Notes under the pieces: model-generated
The model's database searches: none
What the model was told of the DNA's origin: nothing
Seen by the model: the letters and a program-made list of their open reading frames with translations, nothing else
Shown: positions 28,765 through 41,852 of the stretch, in pieces
How positions within the stretch are numbered: position 1 is the stretch's first letter
Layout of the letters: every line of letters starts with the position of its first letter
Position numbers and translations under genes: made by a program
Source: the human T2T-CHM13v2.0 reference genome, Homo sapiens
Direction: 5' to 3' (one strand)
Length of the DNA stretch: 64,000 nt
Assembly: GCF_009914755.1 (NCBI RefSeq)
Contig: NC_060930.1

Positions 28765-30915
28765 ATCAAGAATCCTAACTTCTAGCATGGCCATTTCCAA
28801 TTTTGGCAAAGTTGGAACACCTGCCTGTTGTTTGACCAGTTATTCCTGGGAAGCAATAATAAAAAACAAAATAAAGCAGTGGATTGTTTTTTATGTTTAA
28901 AATTAATTCAAAATGGCTTAGGAGAAGGAATTTGTGACCTGGGGCCCTCAGGTGCCCAGTGGCCTGTGTGTAGGAGGCAGGACCATCTTCATGGGAAATG
29001 TCTACAAGACAGATGTATGTTTCTCAGGCTAGCAGCGATCACTTTGCTTCTTACAGCAAAATTCTGGAGTGTTAGAAAATAATCTTCCTTCTAAACCTTC
29101 TTCTGTAGTCCTTGCTTTGAATCCAGGAGGACAGTGGGTGAGGGGTTCCCCTACCCAGAACGGTAGGTCAGGCAGGATGGTGCCTAGTGCCGCCACAAGG
29201 TCACACAGCCTTTGTGAGCAAAGGCAGGGGAGTTGACCTGGGTCTACATCCAGACCCTCTTCTTGGAGCCTGTCATGTTCCTGCCACCCCGCTAAACACA
29301 CTGCTTGCATCATTTGATTTAATCCCATCAGCAACTCTACGAGGTAGATACTATTGCTGACCCAATTATACAGACAAAGCAATTATGGCTTAGAAAAATT
29401 AACACATCAAGGTCATACAGCAAAGCCAGGACTTAAACCGAGGTTTAAAGGCCCCCAGAGTCCATGCTTCCGACCACTGCATGGTTTTAGTCCAAAGTGA
29501 AGAGCAGGTCAAACCACTACATACAGTGGCATCTGTCTGCTGTGTGCTGGTAGGGAATGTGTCCTGGGGACACTGGAAGTCTAGAGTATCTCCTCCAGGC
29601 TTATCATGGGTCCCCTCCTAGAGTGGGTTAGGGCCCTTCAAAGCTTTTTCATCTAAGGCATGATAAAATACACACGAGAAAGTTTCAGCTGTTGCTTAAA
29701 AGTAAGGAAACTATTCGAAATAAGTTTTTTGGGAACCTCATTGTAGAGCAGCCTGCCTTGATGGTTTTTTGAAATACATGTGACCTTTGAGGCCATTTTA
29801 ATTTTTACCAATGAGGTAAGTAAATAGTAGAGATTTCTTAAGCCTGTGGACGCACAACCTGTGCAAAGGTTGTTCCTAATCAAAATGAAGTACCAAGTAA
29901 GGGTTTTTTTTTTTTCAAAAAAGCAAAATCCATCAGCTTGGCTTCAGCACTGCGGATATTTACAAACCTCCCTCCCAGGCTTGTCGTGGAGCCACAAAAG
30001 CCCCCGTTTCCAGATGCTATGTTTTCCGATTGCTCACCGCTTACCTGCAGGAAGAAAGCGTGCTTCACCTGGGCAAAGAGAAACCCTCCTGGAGACCTGC
30101 CTTTTATCCCCAGTAAGCAAGCACACATTATCCAGGACATTGAAGGCAGGGAAACAACTCGTTAGTCTGTAACCTGGGGGGAATAGCCCCACTGCTAGAG
30201 ACTTCAGCACTCCAGGATCCGTGTTGTACTTCATTCCCAGGCTCCGTCTTTTGTAGACCAGTGCCTTTGAGAAGATTACTGCTGGCACACTCTGCCCTTC
30301 ATGGCCTGTTCTCCTTACCAGGAGCCTTATTGAGGCAGAATATGCATGACAGCTTACTGGATCTACTAAAGGGAAAATGGACTCACTTCTGACTGCCACA
30401 CTGTTCAAACAAGTCAGTGCTAACACAGACTGCGGCAGGGTCCCCAAGGGCCTCTCTGGAAATGCCTGCCCTTCCTCCCACACCAACCTCCGCATCCCGA
30501 GAGAGTTGGTGCACATCCAGATCTTAAAGCATCCTGAGAGTTGGTGAACTAATTCCTGTTAAAACCAACAGTCACTTTAAGTTTGAGGAAGAAAGGTTTA
30601 ACCAAGTACTAGTAAGATTCACATTTTTAGCTTTTGTTCTTCCAGCTGACTCTGTATACTGGGCCCACAGTTGTACAGAGAGTTACCCTATGCTGACTGC
30701 ACGGGAGATGCACAGGGCGTGTGGATGCTATGGGAATGGAGAGCATTGGTCATGCAACAGCTTCGCCTATGATGCCGTGTCTTTCCCTGCCCTTCTATAT
30801 GTTCTTCATGTATTTCCAGGTCTCCTATTGATTCATCCACACTATGTACAGGATTAGAATGCCCAGCAGCTGGGGGAGCCTTTCCAGGGTATGGTTCAGC
30901 GGGTGTTACCAGTGA

Positions 30916-31424
<509 letters not shown>

Positions 31425-32285
31425 TGATGTCTCAGCCAGCTATTCTGCCCAAGACAGAAAGTTTCTCTGTAGATCTGGCCTTGGGAAAGACAGATCAGAG
31501 TCTCAATTCTAAGATGAATAGGTACGTTGGCGTCAGCTTTTGCCCCAGGATTGCCTGCTCCTACATTCTTTCCTATTATTTGGTTACCAAGATGCTCACA
31601 TGCAGCCGGCATCTCATGTCCCACAGATCCCATTTGGGGTGCAGCTTTCACCCTTCCACAACTTTGCTTTTAATCGTCACGCTTAACTCCCATCTCTTAC
31701 TTTGAAACCTTCTCTCTGCGTTGCTTCTTTTCCCATATTTCTTATCCCTTTCATTCTAAACAGTTTCTACAAAAGAACAAAGTCAGTCTACGGGATGAGA
31801 GCGGGGAGAGGGATGACAATTCTGAAGAATTCTAGTAGGTTGTTTTTTATTAGGCACTCAGTATTTTTTTCCCCATTATATGTAGTACCTTCTAAGCCCT
31901 GACTTCAATGAGAATTTCACTGGTAGAAAGCTTTTAGAGTTGGAGACTTTTGTTGTTTTTTCTGTACAAAGTTTCCTCTTATTTTTTATCTGGCAGAGTT
32001 TTTCATTTTGTTTTCTTGGTTTGGTTGTTTGGTTGCATTTTCCTACCCTCCCACCACCCCGCCACTTCCACTCTTCTGCTTGCCTCTTGCTTTTTGAGTG
32101 TCTGAAAAAAAGAAGATACGTTTGAGGGTATTGCAAACAAGGAAAAATCATCAGGTGACATTGTTCTGAACTGGTAAACTTTCTATCCCATAAGAGTTTC
32201 TTTAAATAGAAAACAAAGCAAAACGACATAGTATTGAAGGAATTCTTGGATCTAGGAGGAAAGGAGCAAGTATCCACAGCCCTGC

Positions 32286-32333
32286 CAGGAAATGGGTTCT
32301 CAGGAAATGGGCTCCCAGGAAATGGGCTCCCAG
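32286..32333 (+). repeat. Tandem repeat, 15 bp x 3 (CAGGAAATGGGYTCY)
   Basis: Units at 32286, 32301 and 32316; the last two are identical. Confidence 0.92.
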
Positions 32334-33829
32334 TACTCCTGAGAGAATGTGTGTGTTTCCTGAAGGCCAGCAGGGTACCTCCAGGGGTGCGTGTGTTTGT
32401 GTGAGGGTGGAGTGGGGTGTATATAAGGCTCACAGGGCAGGGGCAGGATATATGGGCCCCAAAAATCAATGGCATTATCAATTTTGCCTTGTAGGCTATG
32501 TCCAGGTATTTGAATTTTGAAAATCCCTCCCGGCTGTCATCTCAAGCTCTCTTGGGAACCTTTAAGGATGCCAATATCTGATTAAATGGCAACTTTAGCT
32601 CCCTCTTGAACCTTTCACTTTTCTCATCTCTAAAATTCTATTGATGGGCCAGCCTTAAGTTGGTGACTCACATCCTTCAAATGACCACATTGGAAATGGC
32701 AGAGACCTCCTTTCACCCACCCCAGCCCTAACACTGGAATCCACAGCCCACCCTGTTTTGGGGGTGCTGGCCACAAGCTCTGGATGCCAACGGATGAGGC
32801 CAGGACCTTACATCACCTTCCTGACAGCAGCTGAAAGGCCACAGTGTTTGTATTGATTTACAGGAGCACTTCCTAGTTTTGTCGTCCCTTTGCAACTGTA
32901 TAGAACAGCTTGAATATTAGAAGGTGAAAGCCATGCTCTATAATAACCTTATGAAAGTTTCATGCTAGCATTTGATCAGTAGCAAGCCTGGCTTAGAACA
33001 AAACCATGTTCCTTCGAATGCTGTTGTTGAAGGCTCACACTGGCACCGAAGCTGTTTTCACGTTAGGGTGGCTTCATAAGGGAGCACATTGTTGGTAGAC
33101 ACCACTGTCTGGAGGAGTTGGGGGAGAAAGAAGATGAATGGAAGCTTGGAAAGCATTGTCATTGAAAACATGCTGAGTTCAAAGTCAGCTGTTTCACTCT
33201 CCTTGGAGGAAGTTAAAAACAAAGGTATTCTATCAACAGGCATTTAATAACTGTCTTGTTATATACTCTATTACACAGTAATAGTTTCCACTCATTGAGT
33301 GCTAATCACATATGTGTGTGTCACACTCACCGTGCGTTTCTCCTCAACGTCCTTCCTGTCTTACCTCTTATATAGGAGCTCGGCCATTTGGGGCATTAAC
33401 CCCAGCTTTCTCACCAGGTCTAAGCCAGTCAGTGCACACTACTTCCTGTGAGACAGGATTGGTTTAGGAACAGGGGATAACCCAAATGGGAACAGTGGTT
33501 TGTGAGGGGAAGGTGTGCGAGATCTGAGGACCTCTGGGAGTGATGCCTCACTCTGGAGAGAGAAGCCTGGGGAGGGTGAGCAGCTGGGCCTGTTACAGGC
33601 CTAGGGACGAAGCTGCCACAAAGAGGACAGCAGAGGTGAACAGGGGTGGAGAGACCAAGCCAGAACCACTGCGGCAGGACAACCCTGTCCTCCTCCTCAT
33701 GAATCGAATTCAGTCCAACACAGTTCTGCATCCTTTGAAGCTGTTTGGATTGGAAATTCTGTTACCCACGACCAACAGTATGTTCGCATTGGTAACAATC
33801 AGTGTTAGTAAATTACCCATTACAGCAGT

Positions 33830-33975
33830 CCTCTGAGATAAGTACCGTTAAGTCTCCGTTTATAGATGAGGAAGCAGAGGCTTTGTGGGGTTAGTTAACT
33901 TTTCCAGATCACAGGACTAAGTAGCAGAGCTGGGTTGCAAACCCAGTTCTGTCTGATTCCCAAGCCTGCCTCTTC
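33830..33975 (-). mobile_element. MIR
   Basis: tttatagatgaggaagcagagg...taactttccagatcacaggactaagtagcagagctggg. Confidence 0.8.
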
Positions 33976-34159
33976 TGCCCAGCGGTATCTGTCTGTTCCC
34001 ACATCCTCAGCAGCTTATCGGGAAGGCGCTCACTTTCTGGGAAGCAGGAGGAAACCCACTCTGGCTCTGCCCTTGAGCCAAAATGGATAAAGGCCAGAAC
34101 ACAGGGCAAGTGTTCAGTGGCTTCTGCAACACACCTCAAAGCTCAGGGCAGTCCCGTGA

Positions 34160-34174
34160 TTGGCGCATAGCCAA
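34160..34174. promoter_or_regulatory. Perfect NFI palindromic site TTGGC-N5-GCCAA
   Basis: ttggcgcatagccaa is an exact consensus match; binding is not shown. Confidence 0.5.
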
Positions 34175-34947
34175 GGAAACCTAACAGGAGGCAGCACATT
34201 AAATCTTTCAGTCCTTTTTATGGCTAGATATAACACACATGCATAAAAATGCATAAAAAATAAATACATAATATAATGAACAATTATAAAAATAATGCCC
34301 GAATCAAGAGCTGTTTGGATTTGGCAATTAAATGTTGGTGGCAAAGGAAATCAAGATGATCATCCTAGTCACGACCTTACCTGTACCTGTAGCATTTGAC
34401 ACTCTTTAGGAAAAGTCATGGTGTTTATACCCTAGTCTGTACCATTCATGCCACAATGAGCATCCACAAATATACCCACAAAATGCTATCCTAGAAAAGA
34501 GCCATTAATGAAATAAAACTGACTGAGTTAGGGCGATAGCAGCAATGAAGCTATTATTAGCCCTGTTCTACTTTCTATCTCTCATGATGCCCAATTCTCA
34601 GGGAAAATGGCCCCTAAAGTGATTTCTTGGAAATCCAAAGTTAGAGAGTGGTTTCCAAGGCCATTAGGAGGGACATCTGTCATGCCACCCATGGCCTTGT
34701 GCCAGCCAGAGCGCACTAACAGTTGAGGTAGGCCATCTTAAATAGACACACTTCATTATGTGTGTCTGTGCTTTAATCATCTTTCCATTTGTCAGGAGAT
34801 ATCCTGCATAGATAAATACCAATTTCTGTTTGTGTATATCTCTTGTAATTGATTCTTTATTAGTTCTTTTCAAAGACAGTGTAATCAGAAGGTCTGTTTG
34901 CAGAATGTCCATTTGCTGCAAAGAAGAGAATAAATCAATCGATGAGT

Positions 34948-35242
34948 CTTTTTTATTTTGAGACAGGGTCTCACTCTGTCACCCAGGCTGGAGTGCCACT
35001 GCATGATCTTGAGTCACTGCAGCCTCCGCCACCTGTGCTCAAGCAATCCTCCCACCTCAGCCTTCTAAGGAGCTGGGACTACAAGGCACGCACCACCATG
35101 CCTGGCTAATTTATGTATTTTTTGTAGATATGAGGTCTTACTATGTTGCCCAGGCTAGTCTCAAATTCCTGGGCTCAAGTCATCCTCCCACCTCGGCCTC
35201 ACAAAATGCTGGGATTACAGGTGTGAGCCACTGCACCCCACC
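34948..35242 (-). mobile_element. Alu (AluJ-type), antisense
   Basis: gagacagggtctcactctgtcacccaggctggag...ctcaagcaatcctcccacctcagcc. Confidence 0.95.
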
Positions 35243-35981
35243 AATCAATAGATCTTTACAGCCACCTTTATATCAGGGGGAGCCCTCTGTGACCCTGTGT
35301 GGTACAGAGTCGGAGGAGAACCCTGGGGAGACCTCGTCATTGGAAGGAACCCCAAAAGGCTGTGAGGAGGCAACAAGCCTCCAACTGCATGCCTGTAATT
35401 ATGAGATGGATTAATAAGGATGTTCCTCTCCAATTCATATTTTAGCCCTTCTTTAGAGTCTTCAATTAAAAAGATAAAAAATATCTTCTAGTCCTGATGA
35501 TTCTTTTCATTATTTTAATTACTAAGGTAATCTATTTGATACCTTACATTCCCAGGCGGCCGGCAGATAATTATCCTTTTACACTGCTGAGACCAACCCA
35601 AAGCCAGGCAGGCTTTCCACTAGGAGCAGTCAGAACCTGCCCTCATGAACAAAGACAGTGACACGATGGCCACGTGGTCCTTAGATGGTGCGTGGAAGAG
35701 GGGATTTTAAAGAGCGTGTGTCTGTGTGTGTGCACTGTTACTCCATACGGATGGTATCTGCTTTATGTGTTTGACAACGGCAGGTTTTTGTCTGCTTGCC
35801 ATACATTCATTTGCACTTGGAGTGCAATCCAGACAGCAGCATTCTGTCCCCATTGTCTTTGAGGTCCTGCCACTCAGAGTCCCCGAGCCAAGCAGGGTGA
35901 CAGGGTGCTCTTCATTTTTTCAAACCAAAGTTCTTTGCAAGCAGCATCTCCTTGGGCCGAGGGCTTCAGTGAATATTGTCC

Positions 35982-36000
35982 TGGCCTCCAGGTGGCAGCA
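35982..36000 (+). promoter_or_regulatory. Candidate CTCF binding site
   Basis: TGGCCTCCAGGTGGCAGCA against the CTCF consensus TGGCCACCAGGGGGCGCTA, with the core CCAGGTGGCA intact. Confidence 0.6.
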
Positions 36001-36169
36001 GGATTTGGCTGGTGAGACTGCGGGCTCTGTCAGGAGAAAGCAGGGTGGAGAATAGGCAGAGGTGGGGGTGGGGGCTGAGCTTCCTTAGGGCAAGAGTCAG
36101 GTCTTATTCATCTTTGTCGCCCCAGTCAGTGCATGGAACTGTGCACATCACTAATAGTGATCAGTATCA

Positions 36170-36915
36170 ATATCTGCTAGTATTTATTAAACCCTTGCTG
36201 TTTGCCAGGCTCAAAGACAACAGAAGAGAACAAAACTAAGAAGGAGAAAGCTCTGTGCATGTACAGCTGGCAAGTGGGGAAAGGCAGACCATAAAATAAA
36301 TGGGAAACATATGTAGGACCTTTAGATTATGATGGGAGAGCGTGTGCAGTTTTAAATGGGACAGTCAAGGAAGGCTTTGCAGAGATGGTAACAGATGAGC
36401 AAAGACATGCAGGAGTGGGCCAGATGGAGACTGGGAAGAGCATTCTAGACAGAGGGAGCAGCGGTTGCAAAGGGTATGGCGGCATCATGCCCCAAGTTTG
36501 AGGAACAGGCAGTGGTACCATGGACACCAGCCAAGAGAGGCCACAGCAGTTAGAGCAGGGTCCATGATGGGCTTCGCAAAGAGATAAGGTCACAAAGATC
36601 AGGCGAGAGCCAGATCACATGGGCTTGTAGCCACTGAAAGGATGGCCTCTACTCTGGAGGAAGTGGGAAGACGCTAGAAGATTTTCAGGAGGAGGGATGT
36701 GATGTGCCTTGCTTTAGCAGCATTACTTTGGCTGCTATAAGGAGGCAAGGGTGGAAGCAGGGTGCCCAGTTAGACCATTGCAAAAATGTAAACAAGAGAT
36801 GGTGGTGGTTGGATAGCAGTGATGAGGTGGTGAGAGGTGCTCAGGTGCAGGATATGTTTTGGAGATGGAGCCTGTGGGATTTGCTTCTGGGTTAAATGTA
36901 GGGTGTGAAGTAAGT
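36170..36915 (-). mobile_element. L2 (long antisense fragment)
   Basis: tatttattaaacc...gccaggc; gggaagagcattctagacagagggagcagcggttgcaaagg; ggatatgttttggagatggagcc. Confidence 0.85.
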
Positions 36916-36919
36916 GACA

Positions 36920-37049
36920 CCCTGTCCTGTCTGCCATATGCTGTTGGTCTCACAGGCCAACCCCAGTACGATGTGGGAGGGACTCAGGCCAGGGATGAGT
37001 GCCAGATGGCAGGAGTTGTTGGGCACTGTCTTAGAGGCTGGATGCCACA
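36920..37049 (-). mobile_element. MLT1 LTR terminal fragment
   Basis: ctgccatatgctgttggtctcacaggccaacccc...tgtgggagggact...ttagaggctggatgccaca. Confidence 0.7.
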
Positions 37050-39384
37050 ATGGATGGAGGTGAATGGATGCCTGAGAGGCACCCAGCAGCCCCTGCAGTG
37101 AGGATCGGAGGGTTCAGTCACTTGTTGAAACTGTGCATGTAATCTTGAGAGCTGGAAGGACAGAGGTGGCAGTCACCTGACAGCCTTCACTTCATTGCTA
37201 AATAATCTTTTCCTATTGATTGCTGAAGTATTTTGAGTTGTCAACCCATTTTTTATACACCCAAGATGCTTCTCTTTTTAAAATTATTCAATTCAGAGAT
37301 CAACTGATCTTAAAAATCTATATCTGAAGCCTCCATTTTCTCTGATTCTAAGCTCATTCCTTTCTGAAATATTGTTTCATCCTGGATCATTTCTTGAGAT
37401 CAAGAGTTCATCTGAAATAGCTTTAACAAATAATGTTGCTCAAAATCTGCCTCCAAACCCAGTTCAACCCACATCCCAAGAAAACTCCCATTGCTACCCC
37501 TTTCTGCTTCCCTCACCCCTCCTACCCACTCTCACCTCTCCCCTCGGCTTCCCATCACTATCCCTGCTGTGGGAGCAGGAATCTGCTTCCTGAGGCTTGG
37601 GCCTTCTCCCCTTCACCCTTTCCCACTGGTACCTGGAGCCCCTTTCTTTGTGGTTGGCCAAGGGAGAAAATGACACCTCTCATTTTTTCAAAAGCTAGAA
37701 ATAAGTGTGTCTCAGGGACTCATCTCGAGTGGAAAAGATGGCATGTTTGGTACAAAGGGCACAGCCAACCTCAATGCAGAAAATGTAAAGAGAAAATAAC
37801 CTCAAAAGCTTTGGGACTCTCAAGCCTCAAAGCTAATGTGCTTGGCCATTTTTTTCTCCCCAAGAATGGTGAGGGCCAGGCATGAGTCCAGCCAGCCATC
37901 ATGGCCACGGGCAACAATCAGGGATAAGAGTAAAAACTGATAAAATAAAGAGCTAGCATTGATTATCAGTGTATACCAGACAATTGCTAAGTGTATTACA
38001 TCCAGTATATTATTTTGTCCTAATGGCATGGCTGGGGCCGAGAGAGGCTGAGTAACTCGTTCAAAGACACACTACTAGTCAGTGACAGAGCCTGGAGCAG
38101 TAACCAAAAATGAGTTAGTTCAACTATTGCCAGCCAGTTCTGAATACTTTTCATTCACTCATTCAACCAATACAAATTAAGTGCTGCCTGTGGGCGAATG
38201 CTGTGGATGCTTGCTGCTTTGCTTTCTAATTTGTATATGTGAGCCTGCAACTGTAAAAGATTGGGTCTGTTGATGTTTTGAGGGGGACCTATCAGTGGCA
38301 TCCCTCTTCCTTTGCTGAGTTCAGATGTCATGAAGAGTACAGACAGGAATCAGGCGAAGATCAAATGTTCATTACTGTTATGATGAAACGAGAGGCTGTG
38401 GCTTGGTTTATAGCCACAGTCAGGCTCCCTAACCTGCCTTCCCAGAAGTCACCTCTACTGCAACTCTGAAGAGATGGCCTTGCAAGCCAGAAGATGAGCT
38501 GGTCCAAAAGGGGGCTGAGCCACGGGCCCAGTCCTCTCCTCCCGTCCCCTCATACCAGCCCTCCCCCAGGGAAGGGTCCAGGTCTGGGAGTGGGAGCAGC
38601 CTGTGAGAATGCCTCCAAGAACACGCCAAAGGGCTGTGGGGCTCCAGCTGCAGGAGTGAGGCAGGACAACAGAGTGAGGAAGTGGCTGGGGACAGGCAGG
38701 CTGGCTAAGCATTTTCAGCAGGGTGTGACATGATCAGATTGATGTTTTTAAAGGATCTCACCAGCTGTGGTGGGGATTGGAAGAAGGCTGCAGTCAGGGT
38801 GGGGAGGACCAGAAACAGAGACCCTGCTGGTGGCCTGGATGGAAGGTGCCAGTGGCAGTAGAGGCCAGCCAGGGGCTTCTGTGTCACCTCCTGCTGCCAG
38901 CTCCTCCTTGGGACTGGCACTGACCCAGGCGGGGCAGATACAGCTGCTGGTCCTTCAGACCAACCGTGCTGTGCTCAGGCCTCAGACCCTGGCCCGTGCC
39001 TTCTGTGCTGAAGGCCCCTGTGAACAGTGTTTGCTCTTCAAGGTTCATTCTCAGCCTGAAAACTTCTTCCTTCTGGCATGTTTACAGTTTATGAAGTAAA
39101 AAGTCCATAAAGAGATTTATCCTCCCCATCCCAAAGCTGTAACCTAGGTGCAGTCATTGGCAGGCTACCAGCCCGACTTCCTCCCCTGGGGAAGAAGGCT
39201 TGTCACTAGGGAAGGCATGCATGTTGCTAATGAGAGAACATGAAGCAATCCAGGTCCACATCTGTGTGCTGCCTCCACTCACGGCTGCCACGAAGGTGCT
39301 CCAGCTGGCCGAGCGGAGTGGCCCTTGGGAGGCTGAGGATATTGGGCCTGCGGGGAGTTACACGCATTCCACCCAGTAAGGAAG

Positions 39385-40190
39385 TTTGTTCATTTGCCAT
39401 TCACCAGGTATCTGTGGAGCCCCTCCTGTGGGCCAAACATCATGCCAGGTGCTGGAGATGCATGTGAAAGTGAAGAAAGGCAGAGTCCCTGCCCTCTCCG
39501 AGTTAGTGGGTCTGGGACTGGGGGAAAAGACAAGTGTCAGACCATCATGATACGACAGCATGGCAATGCCAGGGGAATACCTAGAAGAGTGGGGCAGGGA
39601 AATCTTTTCCAGGGAGGACCTTCCAAGCAGAAACCTGAGGAATGAGCGGGAATTGATGAAATGGAAGGTCGGGGGTGGGGCAGGATATAGAGGAAGGGGA
39701 AGAACATGCCCTCGTGGGAGTGATGACTGGGCACCCTTCTCTCCTCGGACGCAGACCCAGCCCTGCACCTGATGCACAAACCGGCCTTCAGTTGCTACTT
39801 GTACCCTTGATCAGACAAGATGGCAGTGGGCTGGACAATGGAGATATTTTCAGGAAGCTTGGTTGAGAAGGACAGGCAAGAGATAAACAAGACGACCAGA
39901 GAGGAGGCCCAGTCAGGAGTGAGTTCGGCTTGTCTAAGTGCTGGTAGGCGGGAAGAGAAGGGTCCCAGGTGAAAGAGGGGTTGCAGGTGCAGGAGGAAGA
40001 AGGGATCAATGGTAGACAAGGCCCCTGAAAAGTCGAAGGCAGTGGAATGCAGCTCGCCATGGTAGGGTTAGACTCAGGAGGGGACAGAAGAGAACGAACA
40101 GGATTGGTGTGAATGCAGGAGGCGGGGGAGTTGTGATTTTGGTGGCAGGACTTTGAAAGCGTTTCTTGGTGGCTTCTTATTTCTGCCTGG
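39385..40190 (-). mobile_element. Degenerate L2 fragments
   Basis: tgccaggtgctggagatgca, cagagtccctgccctc, cagaaacctgaggaatgag. Confidence 0.6.
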
Positions 40191-41841
40191 AAAGAAAGGC
40201 TAGAATATTTTAAAACATGACTATTAATAGGCTCTCTTTCAACTTCCCCACTCATCTGTGATCATCTCTCATGGTCAACCCCTTCTTTTAGGATTTCTAA
40301 GTCTTTCGTCACCATCATTTTGGATATTGTTTTGCTAGACACCCAATTGACTCAACCTAGAACTTGATGCTTCCATTTTCCCATGCTAAGGTGAACTTCG
40401 TAAATATAATAAGTTAGGCGGGTTTTGGGGGGCTGGGCCGGAATCCTAACACCATATACTGTTCAATGTTTTTTCTGAGTTGTACGATGCATTCCAGGCC
40501 CAAACTCAGTCTTACAGATGATATTTTGGAACATAACTCTCTGTAAGGACTCTCCCTCGAGTGATTTTAATTGTATTAGGAAATCATATAAGTTGAACCT
40601 CCGCAATTTGTCAGTCTTGGAAGGAAAGCCATGAGTAGCCAATGAATGGAGTCAGGCTAAGTCTGGGCTTTCCATCTACTTTTAGTTGATCAGGCAAATG
40701 GCATCTTCTGGCCTTGGGTTTAGGTGCTGTTATCCTGGGCACTTGATGGCTGTTGAAATAATACAAATGCATCAATTCTCAGCAAGCAGTAGACACCATT
40801 TTCCTGTTGGGCAAAAAGCAAGCTTAAGAAGGAGCCATTGTGTGAACTGCCTTTAACTCTGTCCTCACCCACATTCATTCTAGTGAGGAATCCTTTAAAA
40901 GAGTCCTTAAATCTAATTGCAATCATGGATCCTTTCCAAGCTTCTAGAGTAGAATATCTCCTCCCTCTCCATGCCCAACTCCAAAGGAGGCTTTTGGAGT
41001 AAATGCTTTTCTGCCCACTAGTGCCAGGGGTGGGCCTAGTGGAAGCCTGTGCTGGCCTGGGCCACCCCCAACCCTGGGCTGTGCACAGGAAGACAGGTCC
41101 TCCCCACGCCCTTGTTCTATGGCTCTGATTCCACACAGTGACCCTGGACATGCCAAGCACTGACATTCCTCCTTCATGATAAGCCAATGAGATCACAAAA
41201 AAGGACTCTCAGTTTCTTCCATTTAAAAATGATTTTTCCACTTCAGTTTGTGCCTGAGTGCCCTATTAAACATTTCTTTTTAAGGCATAATGACACATTT
41301 CTCCCACTTCTCACCTTGTCAGTGCTGGAAGATTAAAAAATCAAAGTCCCCCACCAGCTCTGCCCTGGCCCCTCTTCATGGGGTGTCCTGGGATGCGTCA
41401 TGTGCCCGGAGGTGGTTTAGTGAGGAGCCAGGCTCACTTCATATCTCTGTTGTGCCGTGCAAAGATCCCAAGAAGGGAAAGTAAGTGATTTATACGAAAC
41501 ACTCAAGCTTCCTCCCTACCCTCCTCTTCCAGGAAGATGTCATAACCAATACATCAGGGTGTCCAGCGCTCTGTTTCTCCCCCGCCCCCATCAGAAATCT
41601 GTGCAAAATTAGAGCTAAACCATGGGACATATTTAATTAAAAGACTAATGGCAAATAAGGTTCTGGTGGATGTTGTCTAATTGCGGTCTGTTAGATTTTA
41701 ATTACTCATGGTAAATTGTGAAAACTAATCCACAATGTGTCTTTGCACACTCCTGTTCTTTTTAATCACAAAGAAAATGTTCTCGGCAGCTGACAGGATG
41801 GGCCTCATCATCAGCACAGAGCAACTTGATCTTACACGACA

Positions 41842-41852
41842 GTGACTCAGCA
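41842..41852 (+). promoter_or_regulatory. Antioxidant response element / NF-E2-MAF / AP-1 site
   Basis: GTGACTCAGCA is an exact RTGACTCAGCA match. Confidence 0.5.

Noticed and set aside
31876-32481. 201-aa ORF with a GSPFP repeat
   Set aside because: The peptide repeat comes from the 15-bp DNA tandem repeat; the rest is low-complexity with no coding signature.
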